Assembly: GCA_963765765.1 (NCBI GenBank)
Contig: CAVXYC010000015.1
Location: 672,001 to 736,000 of the forward strand
DNA from: an uncultured Chloroflexia bacterium
GTDB taxonomy: Bacteria; Chloroflexota; UBA6077; JACCZL01
Direction of reading: 5' to 3'
DNA: 64,000 nt
Each line of letters opens with the position of its first letter. The stretch's first letter is position 1. Below the pieces are notes generated by a model that saw nothing but the letters and a program-made list of their open reading frames with translations, made no database searches and was not told where the DNA came from. The translations under genes were made by a program, and so were the position numbers. Positions 56,617 through 64,000 of the stretch are shown piece after piece.

Positions 56617-57540
56617 GTGAGCCCGTCGATCGTCGTCGTTGGCGGGATCAATATGGACGTCACGGTCTGGGTTGAGCGACTGGCTCACCCGGGCGAGACC
56701 GTGCGCGGCGATCGTCTCATGTTTCACCCCGGAGGCAAAAGCGCGAATCAGGCTGTGGCAGCGGCTCGTGCGGGCGCCTCGGTCGCCCTCATTGGACGAG
56801 TTGGATCCGACGTCTTCGGCGATGAGCTACTCGCCGGGTTTCAGCGGGATGGAGTGGACGCTAGCTGCGTGACGCGCGACGATGAGGCACCCACGGGTGT
56901 CGCCCTGATCGGAGTCGATGCCGCGGGTCAGAACACGATCACGGTGGGAGCTGGCGCCAACGGGCGCGTCTCGTTCGACGACCTCGACCGTGCCAGTGAA
57001 TTGTTTGGAGGCGCGAAGTTCGGCCTCATCAATTTCGAGATCGCGATGCCGGTTGTCGTAGAAGCCGCGCGGCGATTCAGGGCCGCCGGTGCATGCGTGG
57101 TGCTCAATCTGTCTCCGATATACGCGTTATCCGCAGAGCTTCTGGAGCTCGTAGATCTGCTCATTGTCAATGAGATTGAAGCGGCTTCAGTTGTGGGCGA
57201 CTGCAATTCTTCGCTGGAGCAGCTGGAGCGCCTTTGCGCGCTTGGGATTCCGAAAGCCGTCATCACACTTGGACCGGATGGCGCGGTCTTTACTGACGGC
57301 GTCCGCAGTCGGGCTGTTGGTGGTTATTCAGTGACGTCAGTAGATCCCACCGCGGCCGGCGATGCGTTTCTCGGGACACTCGTGGCAAGTCTTGCATCGG
57401 GCGTGTCGATGTTCGACGGATGCTGCCGAGCCAATGCCGCCGGTGCATTGGCCGTGAGCCGCGCCGGTGCCCAGCCATCGATCCCCACACGAGCCGAGGT
57501 CGAGGCTGCGCTCGCGGAGTGGGGCGGCGTCAATGGCTGA
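56617..57540 (+). CDS. rbsK: Ribokinase
   Basis: INMD, GGKSANQAVAAAR.G, NEIEA, D.TAAGDAF. Confidence 0.92.
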   Translation: MSPSIVVVGGINMDVTVWVERLAHPGETVRGDRLMFHPGGKSANQAVAAARAGASVALIGRVGSDVFGDELLAGFQRDGVDASCVTRDDEAPTGVALIGVDAAGQNTITVGAGANGRVSFDDLDRASELFGGAKFGLINFEIAMPVVVEAARRFRAAGACVVLNLSPIYALSAELLELVDLLIVNEIEAASVVGDCNSSLEQLERLCALGIPKAVITLGPDGAVFTDGVRSRAVGGYSVTSVDPTAAGDAFLGTLVASLASGVSMFDGCCRANAAGALAVSRAGAQPSIPTRAEVEAALAEWGGVNG

Positions 57541-58478
57541 GCGGATCATTATCGATACCGACCCAGGAGTCGACGATGCGCTCGCGATTCTCATGGCGCT
57601 TGGCTCCCCGGAGCTGGAGGTTGAGGCTCTCACAACGGTGTTCGGCAACGTGGACATTGTGAACACCACGCGAAACGCATCGATCATTCTGGAGGTTGCT
57701 GGAAATTCGCGGATTCCGGTCTACTCGGGCGCTGCGCAGCCCGTGACTCGTGACGGCGGAGCCTTCGCCGGGTACGTACATGGCAAGAGCGGCCTCGGAA
57801 ATGCGGCCTTTGACGACCCGAGAGGCACTACCCGAAAGCGAACAGGCGGCGGCGTTTCTTGCTCGCAGACTCGTGGAGCCTGGTGCCCCCAGCACACTCG
57901 TAACGCTTGGCCCATTAACCAACATCGCTCAAGCGCTCAGACTCAATCCGGGAGATTGCTGGAGCTGTGAAACGGGTGGTATGTATGGGGGGCGCGGTAT
58001 GGGTGCCGGGCAATGCCTCCGTCGTTGCTGAGTCCAACATTCTCAAAGATCCAGAGGCGGCGGATGAGGTCTTTGGCGTCCGGATTACCGATTGTCCTTG
58101 TTCCGCTCGATGTCACCATGCGAACGTTACTGCTGCGATCGCGTCTGGAAGAGACGGTGGAGCGGTCAGGCAGGCTGGGAGAGTTCATTCGAGCGATTAC
58201 CCCGACCGTATTTCGAGTGGTACCAGCGACGTTACGGACTCGAGGGATTTGCGCTCCACGATCCGTGTACCATCGCGTATCTGATCAATCCCACACTCTT
58301 TCAAAGTCAGTCGATGGCAATGGCAGTGGAAACGGGCGGCGTGTACTGCACCGGCCGAGTCGTGCCCGACCCGTTGGGCCGTCTGGGCCGAGCCGCCAAT
58401 GTCCAGGCTTGTCTCGATGTGGATGTCGAAGGACTGGTGGAGTGTGTATTGGAGAACCTAGCCCATGCCGGACGGTGA
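57533..58478 (+). CDS. Nucleoside hydrolase (IU-NH family; frameshifts)
   Basis: IIDTDPGVDDA, TTVFGN, VHG..GLG, GPLTNIA, MGG, VPLDVT, LHDP. Confidence 0.92.
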
Positions 58479-59100
58479 AGCCCCTTCGTTCATCGACTCC
58501 GTCGAGCGCGGGACGCTATTCGCGTTCGATCTGAGTCAGCCCGTTGAGCCGCTGCCCGTAGCGGACGGCGTGTTCATTCGCGCAGACGAAGAGCATCTCA
58601 ACCGGATCGAGCATGCGATGCACGCGTCCGGGGAGTATCCCCCAGGAGATCCGAAGCGACGGTGGCGACGCGGTCGAATCCCTTACGTGGCCATGGTCGG
58701 AACCGAAGTCGCTTCATACGGCTGGGTCACGTCCGAGCCCGAGCCAATGGACGATCTGGGTGTTTCTTTCACAGCGCCGCCCGGCGAAGTGCTGGCTCTA
58801 TGACTTCGCGACCGTTCCTGAATTTCGTGGGCGACGACTCTATCCTGGCTTGCTGCGATTCATCTTGAGCCAGCTCAAGGAGCAGGGAGTGAAGCGAGCC
58901 TGGATTGGAACCGAGCCAGGAAACGTGGCGTCTCAGCACGGCATCCAGCGCGCGGGATTCACGCTGGTCGTCGAATCTAAATTCGTCGGACGGCCTGGAC
59001 AGGGGCACTTCGAGGTGTATCCCTGCGAAGGTGTTCCAGATGAGCTCACTCAAGCAGCGGTCCGCACTGTGCACGGGCGGATCGTCGAGAGCGTAGTCGC
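58465..59100 (+). CDS. GNAT family N-acetyltransferase (frameshift; 3' end approximate)
   Basis: YDFATVPEFRGRRLY and N.AS..GI.RAGF motifs. Confidence 0.8.
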
Positions 59101-59113
59101 CCTCGGAGCGCTA

Positions 59114-59988
59114 TCAGGCGCCGCCGTATTTCTCGGCTCGTGCAAGCATGTCCGGGAGACCCACGATCGCGTTCAGGCTCATCAGGTCTTCCATCTGATT
59201 TGTGAGCGCCGCGGTGGAGCCATCACGCTTCAAGACCTGGAGCGCGTCGGCCGCGGCGCGAGCGATAACACGCGTGAGAGCATTTGCGTAGATGGCTACG
59301 CGATAGCCAATCTCCTCGAGCTCATTTGCGGGCAGGATGGGCGTCTTGCCGCCTTCAACAAGGTTTGCCAGGCACGGCTTACCGATTGCACGGTTGACCT
59401 TTCGCATTTCGTCCACGGTGCGCGGGTGCTTCCACGAAGATGATGTCCGCGCCCGCCTCGGCGTACCGCTGGCCGCGCTCGATGGCTTCGTCGATTCCGA
59501 AGATTGCGCGCAGCATCGGTCCGCGCCACGATTGCCATGTCCGGGTCGGTCCGAGCGTCTACCGCGGCGTGCAGCTTGCCCAGCATCTCCTCGGCGCTGG
59601 TTACGTCCTTGCCGTCCAGGTGGCCGCAGCGTTCGGGAACGTCTGGTCCTCGAGCTGAATGGCGGAGACACCCGGCACGCTCATAGGCGCGAACGGTGCG
59701 CTGAACGTTGAGGGCATTGCCGTAGCCGGTATCGGCGTCGGCGATGATCGGTATCGAGACGACGTCGGCCAGATACGCAACCTTGTCGGCCATCTCCTTC
59801 ATCGAGACCAGGCCCAGATCTGGCTCGCCCAGCAGCGTATGGGCCACGCCCGAGCCGGTCATGTAGATCGACGGAAAGCCGGCCCGCTCGATGATACGCG
59901 CCAGCAGTGCGTCGTACGCGCCGGGCGCCATGATGATGCGCTCTCCCGCTAGAAGCTTGCGGAGCTGTTTCCGTGGTGCGAGGGTCAT
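59114..59988 (-). CDS. Isocitrate lyase / PEP mutase family protein (PrpB-like; frameshifts)
   Basis: [38 protein letters not shown]. Confidence 0.9.
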
Positions 59989-60038
59989 GGTGCCTCCAGC
60001 TGGGTGGTAAACGAACAATACATCGAGACCGCGCCCTG

Positions 60039-60240
60039 CTAGGCCATGTCTGTCCCGCCGTTCACGGCGATGAGCTGGCCGGTGATGCACTCGGCGGCGA
60101 CTGAACACAGGAATGCAATCGCACCGGCGATGTCCACCGGCTGAGCGATGCGCCCCAGCGGGACTCGGCTGGCGCGTGCATACAGCTCCTCCTCGGTCAT
60201 GCCCTGACCGCGTTCGCGGTGATGCCCAGGGGCGCGAGCG
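60039..60240 (-). pseudogene. C-terminal fragment of an SDR oxidoreductase
   Basis: VPLGRIAQPVDIAGAIAFLCS....ITGQLIAVNGG; no N-terminal Rossmann region upstream. Confidence 0.75.
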
Positions 60241-60310
60241 AGCATACCGCGGTAAGAGTCCCAGTCTAACGAGACCAGTTCTCCGTGCGACATGTGGTCG
60301 TTCGGGATGA

Positions 60311-60602
60311 TCAACTTCCCCAATCGCGTGCCAGATCGATCCAAAGCGGATTCAATTCCTGGATCAGGGCTACTTTCTTCGATCTAGGCCGCCCTACAGT
60401 GCCTTTTCGCGCTGCAGGGCGGCCCAGACATCATTCGTGTCCTCGTAATACACCAGCCGCGTGATGTTGTAGCGAGCGGTGAAGCCAGGCGTCTTCCGCA
60501 CCTTATGCCCCGCGACGCGACGCTCAAGATTGTTTGTCACTCCTATGTACAGGTACCGGATCGATTGGCCATGATCTAGACGAAGTAGGCGCGATCTGGC
60601 AT
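60311..60602 (-). pseudogene. GIY-YIG nuclease (UPF0213-like), disrupted
   Basis: Reconstruction MPDRAYFV*IMANRS/LYIGVTNNLERRV..HK...GFTARYNITRLVYYE.....A.QREKAL*G/RSKKVALIQELNPLWIDLARDW; two in-frame TAG stops plus two indels. Confidence 0.82.
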
Positions 60603-60657
60603 GCCTCAGGCGCTGCCCCCTATTGTCGCATGTGCTCAACGGTATACCCATTAGCTG

Positions 60658-60783
60658 CCCTGTCATGCTGAGGAACGAAGCATCTTCCGGACGTGACGAT
60701 CAAGTGAATAGAAACACCCTCCGGGGCCACCCCTTCTGGTTTGTCACGTCCGGGAGATGCTTCGTTCCTCGAGCATGACAGGG
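60658..60783. repeat. TGTCA-type REP-like inverted-repeat doublet (40-bp arms)
   Basis: CCCTGTCATGCTGAGGAACGAAGCATCTTCCGGACGTGAC (60658-60697) pairs with 60743-60783 with 1 mismatch and 1 bulge. Confidence 0.88.
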
Positions 60784-60968
60784 AGCAGCGCGGGAACACG
60801 AGAGTTCGGGGCCAGGCGTCCTGTATCTTGACGCCTGTCCCACCGGCAATGTCCAGGCCCGCGTTGCCAGAGTTCGGGCTACACCCCCCGACAGCTTGGA
60901 TTCGTTGACACTGGTTTGCACCGGGTTCAGAATGGTGACCGTCCATCCGGCTTTGGAGGTGCGCTCCG

Positions 60969-62210
60969 ATGCGCCTGGTCGTTTCTCTCTGGCTGCTCGG
61001 TTGTCTCTTGTTGATGGCGTGTCAACCTGCCGCGCCGTCACCTACACCGAAGCCGCGCTGACGCCGGCGCGGCGCCGGCCAAGCCGGCTCTAGTCGCCGG
61101 CAGCCAAGCCGGCCGGATCTCCTGACGCCAAGCCCGCCGCCAGCCCCGCAGCGTCTCCCGGCCGCGCGCGGCTCCGCCGGCTGAGGCGGCCGCCGCCGGT
61201 TGTCAGTGTGGACGTCGAAGACGCCGCGCGCTACTTCAACGGCAAGACCATTACCGTCACCGTCGGATTTGCGCCCGGTGGGGGCTATGACACGTTTGCT
61301 CGGATCATGTCCGCTTACTGGCCGAACCACATTCCCGGGTAACCCCAAGATGGTAGTTACAAACCTGCCCGGTGCAGGCTCCCTCACTGCCTGGCAGAAC
61401 GTAATGCACAAAGCCCCTGGGACCGGGCTTGATATCGCGGTGTTCAGCGGGGGGCTGCTGACCCAGGCAGTCCTCGGGGAGAAGCTCGAAGCGTTCGATC
61501 CGGAGCTACCGATCTACCTCGGCGCGCCCGATTTTGCGCTACGCCGATCTACTCTGTGCGTCCGAACCGACACGGCCAACAGCCTGGATTCCTTCTTGAA
61601 GCTCAACAAGAAGACGCGAATCGCGGAGGCTTCTCCAGGCGACTGGGCCGGGCGCTTTCAAGAAGTGGCTGGAGCTTATCGGGCTACCTGTCCAGGCGGT
61701 CTACGGTTACGGTGGCACCTCCGACTCAATGCGGCGTTCGACAAAGGCGAGCTCGATCTCACTGACCGCTGTGACGACGCGAATCTCGCCACCTTCCCCG
61801 CACTGGATCTCGCAGAACATGGCCACGCCACTTTTCTATCTGGAGCGGCGGACCGGACTTCATCGCGCCGTTCCTGGCACAGGGGAAGTATCCCTGGTAT
61901 GGCTACATTTTCGACGTCATCCAGTGTAACCCTGGATCAGCGCATGGCGTTTGATATGAACAACCGCCTGTCCACAGGCGAGCGGCTCTTTGCGCTGCCT
62001 CCGAAGACGCCTGATAACGTCGCCAACGCCCTGACCAAGAGCTTTTACGACACCGTCGCTGATCCTGAGTTCAGGAATGCGGCCGTGGCACGCAACTACG
62101 ATGTGGGCCTGAAGACAGGCGAGACCCTCCGCCAGCTCATTGCGGAGGTGAACACGCTCAATCCTGAAGTGCAGTCACTGCTGCAGCAGATGTACGCGAT
62201 CAATAAGTGA
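60969..62210 (+). CDS. TctC/Bug-like tripartite tricarboxylate transporter substrate-binding lipoprotein (several frameshifts)
   Basis: GGAGG then MRLVVSLWLLGCLLLMAC; Pro/Ala linker; YFNGKTITVTVGFAPGGGYD..AR, PGNP..VV.NLPGAGS, PPKTP. Confidence 0.85.
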
Positions 62211-62247
62211 CGCACGGCGACGTGATTCGACCAGGTCGGGGCACCAG

Positions 62248-62715
62248 ATGAACCTCGAGAATCAGCGTCATCCATTCTGGCCCATGCCAGAAAGGCCGCC
62301 CATTCGCTGGCCGAATGACGGTCCGGATCGCGCTGTGGGATCATTCCGAACATTGAGCACTTCCGATTTGGACTTCCGTTTGCTGGCGCGCCCGTTGCTG
62401 CCCGATATTCCGGGTTTCGCGGGTCGCGACTACGGTCCACGGGCGGACATCTGGCGGATGATGGAGATCCTGGACAAGTACGAAATTCGACCCACGGTGG
62501 CCCTGAACTCTGACGTTTGCCGCTTCTACCCCGATATCATCCGTGCTGCCCAGAGCGCGATGGGAATGGATGGGACATGGTGCCGAGTCATTGGCGATCG
62601 CGCTGCATCCCTACCTTACGGGGCATCCGTTCCAAGCTCGATGGCTGGATCGGACGCTCGACTACATCAGCGGCCATCCGCACGTCTAGCATGCCACGGG
62701 CAGCGAGATTGCTGA
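62248..62715 (+). pseudogene. PuuE-like polysaccharide deacetylase / allantoinase, truncated
   Basis: RPPIRWPN, PNIEHF, RDYG.R..IWR, TVALNS, EWMGHG; the C-terminal half is absent before the next gene. Confidence 0.7.
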
Positions 62716-62790
62716 TTGGTATTACGCGCACTACTATGAAGGTGCTCAAGCGGAATAGTGATTTACCCGATGCTCTTGGAGGTGACGGCC

Positions 62791-64000
62791 ATGCTGAGTA
62801 GGGAAAACAACGAGACCCTCTGCCGCGTTGGGCCCGGCACCCCGATGGGCGCGTTGCTGCGCCGTTACTGGCTGCCGCTGCTGCTTTCATCGGAGCTGCC
62901 TGAACGCGGATGGCCCGCCCTTGCGGGTACGCCATCTAAGCGAATCGCTCATCGCGTTTCGAGACAGTGATGGGCAAGTCGGTCTAGTAAGCGAGAACTG
63001 CCCGCATCGTGGCGCCTCGATGTTCTTTGGCCGCAATGAGGAATCAGGCCTCCGTTGCGTGTATCACGGTTGGAAGTTCGATACGTCGGGCGCGTGCGTG
63101 GATATGCCGAATGAGCCGCCGGAGAGCAATTTCAAGCACAAGGTCAGAATAAACGCGTATTTGTGCAAAGAGCGGAACGGCATCATCTGGGCGTATCTTG
63201 GGCCTGCTGGCGAAGAGCCGCCGCTTCCCGAGATCGAATGGGCGGTGCTACCTGAGAGCCAACGGTACATCTCCAAGCGGGTCCAGGAGTGCAACTGGGT
63301 CCAGGGTTTTGAAGGCGGCATCGATTCGAGCCATTCCGCCTTTCTGCATGCGCGCCTCGACACGTTGGCCATTAGCGGCGTTCGCCGTCCCACACAGGGG
63401 CCCGGAATACGAGCCAGAGACAAGCATCCGCGTTTCGAGACGGTGGACACCGAAGCGGGAGTGTTGATCGCGGCGCGGCGCAATGCCGATGAGGACCAGT
63501 ATTACTGGCGAATCACGCCGTTCCTTCTGCCCTGCTACAACATCATCCCGCCATATGGAGAAAGTCCAACGGTCGGCGGTCTTGGCTGGGTGCCCATGGA
63601 TGATGAGACCACAATGGTCTGGAGCTTCACCTGGCATCCCACTCGGGATCTCACGGAGGCGGAGCTGGATCAGATGCGGTCCTATCCTGGAGGAGGGATC
63701 CACGTTGGTCGAGAAGGCCTTTTGCCTGCGACCACCGCGCCGGGCGGCAACTGGCGAACACGGGCGAATCGACATAACAACTACGAGATCGATTACGGGG
63801 CGCAGCGCTCCACGCACTTCTTTGGGGTGTTGAACCTTTCGCTTCAGGACCAGGCAGTCCAGGAGAGCATGGGGCGAGTGCTCGATCGTCGTCGCGAGCA
63901 TCTGGGAACCAGCGACACCGGCATCATTGCCGTACGTCGTCGCTTACTGCGGGCAGTCAAGGAGCTCCAGGAAGGAACATCCACGTGCAATTGGCCTGAC
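62791..64000 (+). CDS. Rieske non-heme iron oxygenase alpha subunit (LigX / phthalate dioxygenase-like), partial, one frameshift
   Basis: MLSRENNETLCRVGPGTPMG.LLRRYW, CPHRGAS...CVYHGWKFD, EGGIDSSH..FLH, QDQAVQESMG, EHLGTSD. Confidence 0.93.

Noticed and set aside
56617-58478. Ribokinase and nucleoside hydrolase as upstream steps for mtnA
   Set aside because: Ribokinase phosphorylates O5, whereas MtnA needs a 1-phosphate of a 5-substituted ribose.
60311-60602. TAG readthrough or recoding in the GIY-YIG gene
   Set aside because: TAG terminates many ordinary genes in the window; pseudogenisation is simpler.

Overview
GC-rich bacterial chromosomal segment, most consistent with Chloroflexota (inferred from gene content and protein style, not from a search). 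It carries housekeeping genes (two complete groES-groEL operons, recF, tatA/B, moaDE, thyX, rpsO-pnp, dapB-asd-dapA, tsaD, mnmG, clpS), a caa3-type cytochrome c oxidase operon with ctaG, and many catabolic enzymes (CoA transferases, amidase, CitE, LLM oxidoreductase, GlcD-like oxidase, Rieske oxygenase, TctC-like binding protein). Many genes, including essential ones, are split by single-base frameshifts, which points to uncorrected long-read indels, so most broken genes are called as CDS rather than pseudogenes. No rRNA, tRNA or CRISPR array was seen. Best second-look items: an Amun-like (mainly eukaryotic family) HhH protein translationally coupled to a CoA-transferase operon; three families of REP-like inverted-repeat doublets, one beside a decayed GIY-YIG nuclease; two differentiated groESL operons (variant CIRCE and GGM tail versus no CIRCE and His/Asp tail); an mtnA plus class II aldolase pair (possible DHAP shunt); a PNPase with a long repetitive charged tail; apparent leaderless genes; and several small proteins missing from the ORF track. 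I did not find a clear-cut novel multi-gene system. All family calls come from motif recognition by eye, with no database search.
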